64,000 bases of DNA from Alphaproteobacteria bacterium (GTDB lineage Bacteria > Pseudomonadota > Alphaproteobacteria > UBA2966), in NCBI GenBank assembly GCA_965200265.1, contig OZ241357.1:8179-72178 (forward strand), given 5' to 3'. The number at the start of each line of letters is the position of its first letter. Position 1 is the stretch's first letter. The notes under the pieces were generated by a model. It was not told where the DNA came from. It saw only the letters and a list, made by a program, of their open reading frames with translations, and searched no databases. The translations under genes and the position numbers were made by a program. Of this stretch, positions 1 through 9,671 are shown piece after piece.

Positions 1-2
1 AG

Positions 3-2066
3 CAGCGGGTCATGGACCCGGCCTGCGGCTCGGGGACGTTCCTGTTCCACGCGGCGCGGGCCGTGCTCGCCGCGGCCGACGCGGCCGGCCTGCCGGCGGC
101 GGAAGCGGCGCGGCGCGCGGCCGAGAACGTCGCCGGCATCGACATCCACCCGGTGGCCGTCATCTTCGCCCGCGTCACCTTCCTGCTGGCGCTGATGCCG
201 GCGTTGCGCGAGGAGCAGCCGGGCCACATCACCTTGCCGGTCTATCTCGGCGACGCACTGCAGTGGAATCTGGTCGGAAAGGGTGAGAACGGGGGGCAGC
301 CCGATCTGCTCGCCGGCAACGACACCCTGGAGATATCCGTTCCCGCGGTCACGCTGGGCGCGCCGAACCCCCGGCGCCTCGACGCGGCGACGCTCCGCTT
401 TCCGGCGGCCGTCACGTCCGACGCGGGGCTCTTCGACCGGGTGCTGAACACCATGATCGAGTTCGGCGCGCGATCGGAAACGGCCGCCAGCTTCGCCGCC
501 TGGGTGGAACGGGAGGACTCCGTATCCACCGCGGACGGGGACGTCCTCCGCGGAACCTACGAGGTCATGCGCCGGCTTCGGAACGAGGGTCGCGACCACA
601 TCTGGGGCTATATCACGCGCAACCTCGCCCGGCCCGTGTGGCTCGCGTCCGACGCCGGCAAGGCCGACGTCGTCATCGGCAATCCGCCGTGGGTGTCGTT
701 CCGCCACATGGATACGGCATTCCAGCGGCGCTTCCGCGACGAGTGTCGGGCGGCGCGCCTGTGGGTCGGCGGCAAGGTGGCGACGCAGCAGGATCTGTCG
801 GGTTACTTCTACATGCGCGGGGCCTTGCTCTACATGCGCCGGACGGGGCGGATTGCCCTGGTGATGCCCTACGCGGCCCTGTCGCGCCAGGCTTACGCGG
901 AGTTCCGCCGGTGCGAGGCCGCGCGGTCCGGCGACGTCGAATTCCGTCTTCGCTTCACCGCGGCATGGACGTTCGGATCGGAGGTCCAGCCGCTCCTTCC
1001 CGTGCCGAGCTGCGTGCTGTTCGCCGAAGTCCACGACGACGCCGGGCCGGCGCCGTTGCCCGCCCGGGTGGCGGCGTTCGCCGGAACGTTGCCGAGGCGC
1101 GACGCCGACGAATCGGAGGCGGACGCGAGCCTGACGGAAACGGCGGCGCCCTGGCCCACGGAAGCCGCCGACCGCAATGGATCGCCCTACCGCGGCGTGT
1201 TTCGCAATGGCGCGACGTTGTGCCCCAGACGCATCGTGCTCGTCGAACCGGCGCCGGCGCCGGGGATACTCCCGCCCAACCCCGTGTTCCCGATGGTCCG
1301 CGGGCGAACCGGCAACCAGGACAAGACGCCGTGGAAGGACGTGGAGCCGCCCCAGGGTCCGGTGGACGCGGTGTTCCTGCGGCCGGTGCTGCTCGGAGAG
1401 TCCGTCGCGCCGTTCCGCGTGCTGGCGCCACGACAGGCCGTCATTCCGTGGGACGCGGAACGAGACGAACTGATGGACGCGCGGAAAGCGATAAGCCGGG
1501 GCTATCTGAGGCTGACGCAGTGGCTTGAACAAGCCGAGGCGCTCTGGGAACGGCACAAGCGAAGCGGCCTGAGCCTTCTCGAACAGTGCGATTATTACGG
1601 GAAGCTGTCCCGCCAGTTCCCCGTCGCGCCCATCCGCGTCGTGTACACGAAGGCCGGGACCAACCTCGCGGCGGCGACGGTCCGGGACCAGACGGCGGTG
1701 ATCGATCACAAGCTCTATTGGGCCGCGGCCGAGAGTATCGAGGAAGCCAACTATCTCTGCGGCGTCCTCAACAGCGAAACCCTGCGCGCCGGCGTGAGGC
1801 AATATCAATCGCAGGGCCAGTGGGGGGCGCGGGATTTCGACAAGTACGTCTTCAACCTGCCGATTCCGCGCTTCGACGCCGGCGACGCGCTTCATCGCTG
1901 GCTGGCGGACGCGGCCGGGACGGCGGCGGAGATCGCGGCCCTGGTTCCCGAGAAGGAGGGCGAGCATTTCACGCGGATGCGCCGGCGGGTGCGCGCCGCG
2001 CTCGCTGATGACGGCATCACGGCCCGGCTGGAGTCGCTGGCGATCGGGCTGCTTCGCGGAGAATGA
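3..2066 (+). CDS. N6-adenine DNA methyltransferase (gamma-class, Eco57I/type IIG-like), 5' end cut by window edge
   Basis: ORF 12..2066, with the frame open back to nt 3. SAM motif I DPACGSGTFL lies at the first residues and catalytic motif IV GNPPW about 230 aa later. A C-terminal extension of about 450 aa could be a target-recognition region. Confidence 0.8.
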   Translation, partial: QRVMDPACGSGTFLFHAARAVLAAADAAGLPAAEAARRAAENVAGIDIHPVAVIFARVTFLLALMPALREEQPGHITLPVYLGDALQWNLVGKGENGGQPDLLAGNDTLEISVPAVTLGAPNPRRLDAATLRFPAAVTSDAGLFDRVLNTMIEFGARSETAASFAAWVEREDSVSTADGDVLRGTYEVMRRLRNEGRDHIWGYITRNLARPVWLASDAGKADVVIGNPPWVSFRHMDTAFQRRFRDECRAARLWVGGKVATQQDLSGYFYMRGALLYMRRTGRIALVMPYAALSRQAYAEFRRCEAARSGDVEFRLRFTAAWTFGSEVQPLLPVPSCVLFAEVHDDAGPAPLPARVAAFAGTLPRRDADESEADASLTETAAPWPTEAADRNGSPYRGVFRNGATLCPRRIVLVEPAPAPGILPPNPVFPMVRGRTGNQDKTPWKDVEPPQGPVDAVFLRPVLLGESVAPFRVLAPRQAVIPWDAERDELMDARKAISRGYLRLTQWLEQAEALWERHKRSGLSLLEQCDYYGKLSRQFPVAPIRVVYTKAGTNLAAATVRDQTAVIDHKLYWAAAESIEEANYLCGVLNSETLRAGVRQYQSQGQWGARDFDKYVFNLPIPRFDAGDALHRWLADAAGTAAEIAALVPEKEGEHFTRMRRRVRAALADDGITARLESLAIGLLRGE

Positions 2067-2127
2067 GGCCCCGCGGGCCGGGAGGGCACAGGGTCGTTCG
2101 GCCCGCCGCGTCCTGCCCTGTCCCGCC

Positions 2128-4533
2128 TTATCCTGCCTCCGCGCCCTCGATCAGGGCGAGGACCGTGTCCGGCCGCAGGGGCAGCCGGTTCACGTTGGCC
2201 CCCAGGGGCGCCAGCGCGTCGCCCACGGCGCAGGCGATCGCCGGCAGCGCGCCGATGACGCCGCCCTCGCCGGCGCCCTTGAACCCGCCGATGTTGTCGG
2301 TCGCCGGGGACTCGATGTGCGCCATCTCCAGGGTCGGGACGTCGAGCGCGGTCGGAACCATGTAGTCCATCAGGGTTCCCGACAGCATCTGCCCTTCCGC
2401 GTCGTAGAGGATCTCCTCGAACAGGGCCTGCCCGAGGCCTTGCGCCACCCCGCCCTGGATCTGGCCCTTGACGAGGAGCGGATTGACCACGCGGCCGCAG
2501 TCATGAACGACGATGTAGCGCTCCACTTCGACCACCCCCGTCGCCGCGTCGACGCCGACGCAGGCGACGTGGCAGGCGTTGGAGATGGAGGACGCCGCCG
2601 GATCGTAGGTGGCGGTCGCCTCCAGCCCGAACTCCTCGCCTTCCGGAAGCCGTATCGTCTCGGTAAGGCCGTGGGCCGCCCGCGCGATGTCGCGCAGACC
2701 GACGCGCATCTGGCGGATGCCCCGGACGTGGGCGTGGCCGCCCTCCAGCACGACGTCGTCGGGGCTGGCCTCCATGAGGTGCGCCGCGAACCTCCTGATC
2801 CTTTCCCGCAGCTCTCCGGACGCGCGCATGACCGCGCCGCCGCCGACCACGGCCCCGCGGCTGGCGAATGTTCCGGTGCCGAACGGCGAGTTGCCGGTGT
2901 CGCCGCCCCGGATCGTGACGTCGTCGACGGGGACTCCGAGCTCGTCCGCGACGATCTGGGCGAAGGCGGTCTCGTGCCCCTGGCCCTGGCTCGAGAAGCT
3001 GGTCGTGGCGAGCACCCGCCCGTCGGGTCCGAGCTCGACGCGGGCCATGTCGAATCCCGGCAGATCGGAGAGCGCGCGCGCCTTGTACCGCGCCGCCCCC
3101 TGCCCCCCGAGCTCGGTCACCACGGCGACCCCGATGCCGCGGTATCTGCCGTCGACCAGACGCTCCGGCGGCCGGGCTGCCAGATAGCCCTCGTAGTCCG
3201 CCATCTCCAGGGCCCGGTCCATGCATTCGACGTAGCTTCCCGTGACGTAGAGCTGATCGACCGCGTTGACGTAGGGAAACTCGTCCGGCCCGACGAGATT
3301 GCGGCGGCGGACCTCCGCCCGGTCCAGCCCCAGGAAGCGCGCGATGCGGTCCATCATGCCTTCCATGGCCATGGCGACGCCGGGCGCCGATACGCCGCGA
3401 TAGGCGCCCGTCGGGCAGGTGTTGGTCGCGACTCCCTTGCAGGTGAAGGCGAACCGGCGGAAGCGATAGGGTCCCGGCATGTTCAGGGGGCCCTGGAACG
3501 GCTCGAGGCCCACCCCCATGGGCCAGGTGGAGTAGGCGCCGGAGTTCACCAGCGCGTCGACCGAGACGGCCTCGACGACGCCGTCGCCGTCGAAGGCGAC
3601 CGCCACCTCGTAGACGTGGTCGCGCGCCTGAAGGGTGGTCAGGAAATCCTCGAGCCGGTCCTCGATCCATTTCACGGGACGCCGGTACTTGCGCGCCAGG
3701 GCGACCGCGAGAAGCTCCTCGGGGTAGAGGTACATCTTGGGGCCGAAACCGCCGCCCACGTCGGGGGCCACCACGCGGACGGCGCTCTCCGGCCAGCCGA
3801 GACAGCGGGCGATGCCGACGCGCAGCATGTGGGGGACCTGCGTCCCCGTCCACAGCGTGACCGCGTCGTCGGATTTCTCGTGGACGGCGAGACAGCCTCG
3901 CGGCTCCATCGCCACGCCGGCCACCCGGTTGACGCGGAACCGCTCGCGCAGGACGTGATCGGCCGCCTCGAAGGCGTCGTCGAAACCCGCGGTTCCGTGA
4001 CCGCCCTCGACGAGGACGTTGTCCGCCAGCTCCTCGTGAACGCGGGGGGCGTCGGGCTTCAGCGCGTCCTCGACGCCGGAAACGGCGGGAAGCCGCTCGT
4101 AGTCCACGTGGATGAGGCCGAGGGCGTCCTCGGCGACGTAGGCGTTCTCCGCCAGGACCGCCGCCACGCCGTCGCCGACGAACCGCGCCTTGTCGGCGGC
4201 CAGGACAGACCGGCGCGAGATCTTGAATCCGGGTCTTTCGTAATCCGCCGCGAACGGCGGGATCAGGTCGGCGACGTCGGCGCCGGCGGCGACCGCGACG
4301 ACGCCCTCCAGCGCCTCCGCCTCGGATGCGTCGACCGCGCCGATCCGGGCGTGGGCGTAAGGGCTGCGCAGCACGGCGAGATGCAACGTGCCGCGCGGTT
4401 CGGGTACGTCGTCGACGTAGACGCCGGCGCCGCGCAGCAGGCGCGAATCCTCCTTGCGCGGAACGGGTCTGCCGACCCACGTCCCCGTCTCGCCGCCGGC
4501 CCCGCCGTCACCGCCGCCGCCTTGGACGCTCAC
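2128..4533 (-). CDS. molybdopterin-binding large subunit of a xanthine dehydrogenase/CoxL-family hydroxylase (form II-like)
   Basis: Lies inside ORF 2128..4923. N-terminus WVGRPVPRKEDSRLLRGAGVYVDDV is typical of the family. Loop PTGAYRGVSAPG resembles the AYRGAGR (form II) signature rather than AYXCSFR (true CO dehydrogenase). GTG at 4533 overlaps the TGA of the small-subunit gene (GTGA). Confidence 0.85.
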   Translation of the reverse strand: MSVQGGGGDGGAGGETGTWVGRPVPRKEDSRLLRGAGVYVDDVPEPRGTLHLAVLRSPYAHARIGAVDASEAEALEGVVAVAAGADVADLIPPFAADYERPGFKISRRSVLAADKARFVGDGVAAVLAENAYVAEDALGLIHVDYERLPAVSGVEDALKPDAPRVHEELADNVLVEGGHGTAGFDDAFEAADHVLRERFRVNRVAGVAMEPRGCLAVHEKSDDAVTLWTGTQVPHMLRVGIARCLGWPESAVRVVAPDVGGGFGPKMYLYPEELLAVALARKYRRPVKWIEDRLEDFLTTLQARDHVYEVAVAFDGDGVVEAVSVDALVNSGAYSTWPMGVGLEPFQGPLNMPGPYRFRRFAFTCKGVATNTCPTGAYRGVSAPGVAMAMEGMMDRIARFLGLDRAEVRRRNLVGPDEFPYVNAVDQLYVTGSYVECMDRALEMADYEGYLAARPPERLVDGRYRGIGVAVVTELGGQGAARYKARALSDLPGFDMARVELGPDGRVLATTSFSSQGQGHETAFAQIVADELGVPVDDVTIRGGDTGNSPFGTGTFASRGAVVGGGAVMRASGELRERIRRFAAHLMEASPDDVVLEGGHAHVRGIRQMRVGLRDIARAAHGLTETIRLPEGEEFGLEATATYDPAASSISNACHVACVGVDAATGVVEVERYIVVHDCGRVVNPLLVKGQIQGGVAQGLGQALFEEILYDAEGQMLSGTLMDYMVPTALDVPTLEMAHIESPATDNIGGFKGAGEGGVIGALPAIACAVGDALAPLGANVNRLPLRPDTVLALIEGAEAG

Positions 4534-5021
4534 GGTGCGCGATCCTCGTCGCGCCGGCGCCGGGCGGCCGCCTGCACGGCGCGCACGATGTTCGCGTACC
4601 CCGTGCAACGGCACAGGTTGCCCGCGAGGCGTTCGCGGATCCGGGCCTCGTCCGGGTCCGGCGTTTCCCGCAGGAACTCCGTCAGCGACATGAGGAAGCC
4701 GGGCGTGCAGTAGCCGCACTGAAGCGCGTGGTTCTCGTGAAAGGCCCGCTGCAAGGCGTTCGGCGACTCGCCGTCCGCCAGGCCCTCGACGGTGGTGATT
4801 TCCGCCCCCTCGGCCTGCACGGCGAAGGCGAGGCAGCTGCGGACCGAGACGCCGTCCAGCAGGACGGTGCAGGCGCCGCAGACCCCGTGCGCGCACCCCA
4901 CGTGCGTCCCCGTCAGGCCGCATTCGTGGCGCAGGAAATCGGCCAGCAGCATCCGCGGCTCGACGCTCCGCGTGTACGCGCGGCCGTTGACCGTGACGCG
5001 GACGTCGCGACGCGCCGTCAT
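4530..5021 (-). CDS. (2Fe-2S)-binding small subunit (CoxS-like)
   Basis: Inner start MTARRDVRVTVNGR within ORF 4530..5738. Cys clusters CAHGVCGACTV, CGYCTPG and CRCTGY are present. The ATG overlaps the stop of the medium-subunit gene (ATGA at 5018-5021). Confidence 0.9.
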   Translation of the reverse strand: MTARRDVRVTVNGRAYTRSVEPRMLLADFLRHECGLTGTHVGCAHGVCGACTVLLDGVSVRSCLAFAVQAEGAEITTVEGLADGESPNALQRAFHENHALQCGYCTPGFLMSLTEFLRETPDPDEARIRERLAGNLCRCTGYANIVRAVQAAARRRRDEDRAP

Positions 5022-5905
5022 CGCCGCGCCTCCGCGGCCCTCTCCTTCCCGTCCGCGATCTCGCGCAAGGCCCGCGCCGTCATGGCGGCGACCGCGCGCC
5101 GGCGCCAGTGGGCCGTGGCGTGCAGGTCGGCCGGAGGCTCCACGTCGCCCGCCGCGGCCTCGGAAGCCTCGGCGATCGCCCGCTCCTCCAGCGCTTCGCC
5201 CGTCAGGACGGCTTCGGCGGAGGACAGGCGCGCCGGCCGCTCCCCGGCGCCGGTGGCGGCCAGCGCCGCGGTGGCGCAACGGCCGGCGGAATCGAGATCG
5301 ACCCGCGCGGCGACGCCGACGAGGGCCAGTCCGCCGAAATGGTTGCCGACCTCGGCGAAGGCGGCCCGGGACCCGGACGGGGCTTGGGGGAACCTGATCT
5401 CGCGGAGCATCTCGTCCGGCTCCAGCGCGGTCGTCAGCTCGGCGAGGAAGAACTCCGCCGCCGGCACGGCGCGGCGGCCGTTCGGCCCGTCGGCGATCAT
5501 CTCGGCATCGAGCGCCACCGTCACGCCCGGCAGCTCGGCGGCCGGGTCGGCGTGGCTCAGGCTGCCGCCGACGGTCCCGCGGTTGCGGATGGCGGCATGG
5601 CCCACGTGCGGCATCGCCTCGGCGACGAGCGGGCAGCGGACGCGGACGGTGTCCGAAAGCTCCAGCTCGCGCTGCCGGGTCATGGGGCCGCTGACCAGCA
5701 TCCCGTCCTCCTCGCGCAGATAGGCGAGCTCGCGGCAACGGTTCAGGTCGATCAGCACCGCCGGCTGCGCCATGCGCATGTTGATCAGCGGAACGAGGCT
5801 CTGCCCGCCGGCGAGCGGCCTCGCGTCCATGCCGTACTCGGCCAGCAGAGCCAGCGCCTCTTCCGCCGTCTCCGGCGCGAAATACTCGAACGGCGCCGGC
5901 TTCAT
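5018..5905 (-). CDS. FAD-binding medium subunit (CoxM-like)
   Basis: Inner start MKPAPFEYFAPETAEEAL in ORF 5018..6013. PLAGGQSL and NRGTVGGSL motifs match the FAD-binding PCMH fold. Order medium-small-large on one strand with overlapping stops and starts. Confidence 0.88.
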   Translation of the reverse strand: MKPAPFEYFAPETAEEALALLAEYGMDARPLAGGQSLVPLINMRMAQPAVLIDLNRCRELAYLREEDGMLVSGPMTRQRELELSDTVRVRCPLVAEAMPHVGHAAIRNRGTVGGSLSHADPAAELPGVTVALDAEMIADGPNGRRAVPAAEFFLAELTTALEPDEMLREIRFPQAPSGSRAAFAEVGNHFGGLALVGVAARVDLDSAGRCATAALAATGAGERPARLSSAEAVLTGEALEERAIAEASEAAAGDVEPPADLHATAHWRRRAVAAMTARALREIADGKERAAEARR

Positions 5906-5978
5906 GCGGCCGCCGTCCGGACCGGCGCGCGGGATTCCGTCCCGGACCCGTGCGCGCCGCGCCGGGTTTCCCCTTCGA

Positions 5979-6629
5979 TCATCCGGAATCCCCCGCCGGT
6001 GACCACGACGCATCGTAGCGCATACCGAAGCTGTACCGCGTCTCGGTGACGTCGGAAAGGGCGTGGAAGGGACGGTCGGCGCGCCCGGCGAAGTCCGGCG
6101 CCCGCATGAGGAGAAGCGATCCCGGCGGCGCCGGAACGTCGCGCCGGCCCCCTCCCTGCCGGTCGTCGCAGACCCAGAACCTGCCGGTCCCGCCGAGCAC
6201 GACGATCGCCACCAGGCCGCGATACCGCACGTGGTCGCGGTGCGGGGTTATGCCGCGCCGTCCGGGCGCGTAGCGCTGCACGATGAAGTCGTTGATGACG
6301 AACGGGTAATCGAGCGGCGGCGGTGCCATCCGGTCGAGGGCGGCCTGCAGATCCGACCGCAGCCGCTGCGCCAGCGCGAGAAGCGGGCTGTCCTCCGGGA
6401 TGTCGGTGGTCAGTTCGAGATCCTGGTAGACCTCCCGTCCGGGTTTGCCCAGAACCGGACGCGCCTCGCGGAACGCGAGCGCCGCACAACGGGCGGCCAG
6501 CGCCGTGCGCGTCGCCTCGTCCAGGTAAGGCACGGCGAGGGCGTCCGCGCGGCCCAGACGGGACAAGGCGTCGGCGAGCGCGTCGCCGGCGGCGGGAGGC
6601 GGGGCCGGGAGCGGGGCTTCCAGGGTCAT
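5979..6629 (-). CDS. putative 2OG-Fe(II) oxygenase-like protein
   Basis: ORF 5979..6629. HxD...H pattern (ITPHRDH ... RPFHAL) and RYSFG near the C-terminus. Motif-level evidence only. Confidence 0.45.
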   Translation of the reverse strand: MTLEAPLPAPPPAAGDALADALSRLGRADALAVPYLDEATRTALAARCAALAFREARPVLGKPGREVYQDLELTTDIPEDSPLLALAQRLRSDLQAALDRMAPPPLDYPFVINDFIVQRYAPGRRGITPHRDHVRYRGLVAIVVLGGTGRFWVCDDRQGGGRRDVPAPPGSLLLMRAPDFAGRADRPFHALSDVTETRYSFGMRYDASWSPAGDSG

Positions 6630-6711
6630 GACGCCATGTTACCGTATGGCCGGCGGCCGGGACCAAGAGGGATGCCGGCCGGCGGACAAGGGAGAAGGAA
6701 GGACGACGCTC

Positions 6712-7716
6712 ATGGTCATGGCGGTGAGGTTCCACGAGACGGGCGGACCCGAGGTCCTGAAATACGAGGACGTCGACCTTCCCGCGCCGGGTCCGAAGGA
6801 GGCCCAGGTGCGCAACGCCGCCATCGGCCTCAATTTCATCGACTGCTACTTCCGTTCCGGCCTCTACCCCGTCGACGCCTTCGCCGGCCTGGGCGGCGGC
6901 AGCGCCATGCCCTTCGTGCCGGGAGTCGAGGGCGCCGGCGTCGTCGTCGCGGTCGGCGACCGGGTGGACGCCGTGGCCGTCGGCGATCGGGTGGCCTACG
7001 GCCTGCCGCCGCCGGGCGCCTACGCCGAGGTTCGCAATTTCCGCGCCGACCGTCTGGTCAGGCTGCCCGACTCCATCGACGACCGGACCGCCGCCGCGAT
7101 GATGCTGAAAGGCCTGACGGTCCACATGCTGCTGCGGCGCACCTACGCGGTGAAGCCCGGCGATCCCGTCCTGTTCCACGCCGCGGCGGGTGGCGTCGGC
7201 CTCATCGCCTGTCAATGGGCCAAGTCTCTCGGCGCCACCGTGATCGGGACCGTCGGTTCGGACGAAAAGGCCGCACTCGCCCGCGCCCACGGCTGCGACC
7301 ATCCGATCGTCTACACCCGCGAGAACTTCGTCGACCGGGTCAGGGAGATCACCGACGGCAAGGGCGTGCCCGTGGTGTACGATTCCGTCGGCAGGGACAC
7401 ATTCGACGGTTCGCTCGAGTGCGTCCGGCCCTTCGGCACGCTGGCGGTGTTCGGCACCGCCTCCGGCCCCGTTCCGCCGTTCGACGTCGCGCGCCTGCAA
7501 TGGGCCGGATCGGCGTTCCTGACCCGCGCCGGCGTGTTCAACCACGTGACGACGCCCGCCGATCTCGCGGCGGCCTCGGGCGCCCTGATCGAGGTCGTCG
7601 AGTCCGGCGCGGTCAGGATCGAGGTGAACCAGACGTTCGCGCTCGCCGACGCCGCCGAGGCTCACCGCGCCCTCGAGGCCCGCGCGACGACGGGGTCGAC
7701 GATACTGCTGCCGTGA
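6712..7716 (+). CDS. NADPH:quinone oxidoreductase (zeta-crystallin/MDR family)
   Basis: Inner start MVMAVRFHETGGPEVLKYEDV preceded by GGAGAAGGAAGGA. Nucleotide-binding AAGGVG motif. Family-typical C-terminus GSTILLP. Confidence 0.88.
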   Translation: MVMAVRFHETGGPEVLKYEDVDLPAPGPKEAQVRNAAIGLNFIDCYFRSGLYPVDAFAGLGGGSAMPFVPGVEGAGVVVAVGDRVDAVAVGDRVAYGLPPPGAYAEVRNFRADRLVRLPDSIDDRTAAAMMLKGLTVHMLLRRTYAVKPGDPVLFHAAAGGVGLIACQWAKSLGATVIGTVGSDEKAALARAHGCDHPIVYTRENFVDRVREITDGKGVPVVYDSVGRDTFDGSLECVRPFGTLAVFGTASGPVPPFDVARLQWAGSAFLTRAGVFNHVTTPADLAAASGALIEVVESGAVRIEVNQTFALADAAEAHRALEARATTGSTILLP

Positions 7717-8110
7717 GGAGGAACATGGGCGCCGGGATGGCGCCGTCCGTCTTCCCGCACCATATATGTTCGATATTGACGTCAATACCGCAATATGTTG
7801 TTGACAGGGCGGATTCCGGTTGGTAGCGATACCCCCGCTCAAGTGCATGGACGCGGGTGCATTGTCTGACGCCGAAAGGTCCGGTGACGGCTTCCTCCGA
7901 TGGAGTCGCACCGGGCCTTTCTTCGTCCGGGCAAGGATATCCAAGGGGGAGGCGCCGCGCCGCCGGAGCACGCACGGAGAGCGCGACGGGCCTTTGCCGC
8001 CGCCGCGTCACGGTCTCGAAGCGGAAACGCCGGGAAAAAAAGGAAGAGGCGCCAAGTGCTCAGACGCGGGGTCTTTGCGCGTACTCCGAGGAGTACTCCT
8101 GACGCCTCTT

Positions 8111-8234
8111 CCGGACCACTCCGCCCGAAGGCCTCGTGGCCCCGGACCGCGCCACCCGAAGGTTTCGCCGTCCCGGATCGCCTCGCCCGAAGGCTCCGCG
8201 ACCCCGGATCACGCGACCCGAAAGCCGCATGACC
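8111..8234. repeat. 4 x 31-bp tandem repeat (CCGGAyC..C.CCCGAAGG......)
   Basis: Units start at 8111, 8142, 8173 and 8204. The 31-bp period is not a multiple of 3, so the repeat is non-coding. It lies in an ~880-bp gene-less gap. Confidence 0.7.
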
Positions 8235-8478
8235 CGATGCGTATTCTAGAGGCCTTCCGGGCCGCCGCAATCGAATATGGCGGCTCCTCGCAAATTTCTT
8301 GGTGATGGTTCGCACTACTTATCCAATTACTGCTCACAAGTTACCCACAGCATCCGATCAACCCGTTGATTTCAAATAATTCGTCCGGGAACCGGGCGTC
8401 TGCCCGGCGCGAAAATCTTTTCGAGGCGCACGCGAAAGGATTGCGCATTTCTGGTCGCCGGCGCGTCGCCCGTGTGCG

Positions 8479-8507
8479 TTGACCCCTCAAGGGGTCTGTG
8501 CGCTAAT
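8479..8507 (+). promoter_or_regulatory. candidate sigma70-type promoter of the TRAP operon
   Basis: TTGACC (8479-8484), 17-nt spacer, GCTAAT (8502-8507), about 95 nt upstream of the substrate-binding gene. Confidence 0.3.
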
Positions 8508-8599
8508 CGGTTCCGGAATCCCGGAGAGACCGCCGTCCCGGCGGGACGGTGGGTTCGCGTGACCACGCGAGGGGTCCATCGACAAGGAGGATGTCGAAC

Positions 8600-9604
8600 A
8601 TGCTCGAACGACTGACGAAGGCCGTGGCCGCGGCCGGCCTCGGGACGGCCGTGTGCGTCGGTGCCGCTTCGGCCGGCGGCATCAAGTGGGACATGCCGAA
8701 CGAATACCAGGCGACCTCGATCCACGGCGAGGGCGACAGATGGTTCTCGAAGTTCCTCAAGGACACGACGGGCGGCGAGATCGAGATCGTCCACCACTTC
8801 GGCGGCGCGCTCGGCTACAAGTCGGCCCAGCAGCTCGACGCCGTGGGCGACGGCGCGGTGCCGATCGCCGACAGCTACGTCGGCGCGTTCGGCGGCATCG
8901 ATCCCATTTTCCTGCTGCCGTCCCTGCCGTTTCTCGCCAGGACGACGCAGGAGGCGAAGACGCTCTTCGAGGCGGCCCGTCCGCACTTCGAGCGCGTCTT
9001 CGCCCGGCACAACCAGATTCTGCTCTACGCGTCGCCCTGGCCGCCGAGCGGCATCTGGGCCAGGAAGCCCGTCGACGGCATCGGCGAGTTGAACAACCTC
9101 AAGATCCGCACCTACGACCGCAACGGCACCCTCACCCTCAAGGCGGCGGGGGCGGCGGCCGTCAAGCTGAGCTGGGCGGACGTCATCCCGCAGCTCGGCG
9201 TCGGCGCCATCCAGGCCGTGCTGACCTCGGCGGAAGGAGGCGTGAACGCCAAGTTCTGGGAGCATCTCGACCACTTCACCGAGATCAACTACGCGATGCC
9301 GCTCAGCATGGTCCACATGAACAAGGACGTATTCGACGGCCTGCCCGACAACCTGAAGAAGGCGGTCAGGGCCTCCGCGGACGCCGCCAACGACCGCAAT
9401 TGGCGGGAGGTCGTCACGCGGCGGCGGCTGAACTACAGGACGCTCGAGAAGAACGGCGTCACCGTCGTCACCCGCGTGCCGCCGGCATACCTGACGGCGC
9501 TCGGCGAGGCGGGCCGGGAAGCGCTCGACGACTGGTACGGAAAGATGGGCGGCGACGGCGAGGCGATCATCGCCGAATACCGCCGGCGTCTCGAAAGCGG
9601 CTGA
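8600..9604 (+). CDS. TRAP transporter substrate-binding protein (DctP family)
   Basis: ORF 8549..9604. ATG 8600 sits 9 nt after AAGGAGG. Signal peptide LTKAVAAAGLGTAVCVGAASAGG. Followed by DctQ and DctM genes. Confidence 0.85.
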   Translation: MLERLTKAVAAAGLGTAVCVGAASAGGIKWDMPNEYQATSIHGEGDRWFSKFLKDTTGGEIEIVHHFGGALGYKSAQQLDAVGDGAVPIADSYVGAFGGIDPIFLLPSLPFLARTTQEAKTLFEAARPHFERVFARHNQILLYASPWPPSGIWARKPVDGIGELNNLKIRTYDRNGTLTLKAAGAAAVKLSWADVIPQLGVGAIQAVLTSAEGGVNAKFWEHLDHFTEINYAMPLSMVHMNKDVFDGLPDNLKKAVRASADAANDRNWREVVTRRRLNYRTLEKNGVTVVTRVPPAYLTALGEAGREALDDWYGKMGGDGEAIIAEYRRRLESG

Positions 9605-9671
9605 GACCCGCCCGGTCCACGCCGCCGGCCGCGAGCAGAACCGGCGCGGGCCACCGCCGCCGCGTTTCGTC

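Noticed and set aside
2008-4713. Very long ORFs antisense or out of frame to recognised genes (also 14593..18153, 23169..27368, 30271..34755, 35115..37472, 48476..51205, 48568..51297, 60946..63921)
   Set aside because: These are typical stop-poor shadow frames of a high-GC genome. The translations are Arg/Gly/Pro/Ala-rich with no motifs, and each overlaps a frame with clear family signatures.
4534-6013. Longer N-terminal extensions offered by the ORF track for the three hydroxylase subunits (starts 4923, 5738, 6013)
   Set aside because: The extensions are low-complexity and overlap the conserved 3' ends of the upstream subunit genes. The inner starts give family-typical N-termini and GTGA/ATGA coupling.
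7775-7786. ATTGACGTCAAT as an FNR/FixK/CRP-type box
   Set aside because: The half-site spacing is wrong (TTGA-N2-TCAA instead of N6). It is noted only as a palindrome.
7830-8110. Known structured RNA (riboswitch, RNase P, SRP, tmRNA, 6S)
   Set aside because: I could not find any of the conserved core sequences by eye. It is left as an unexplained intergenic region.
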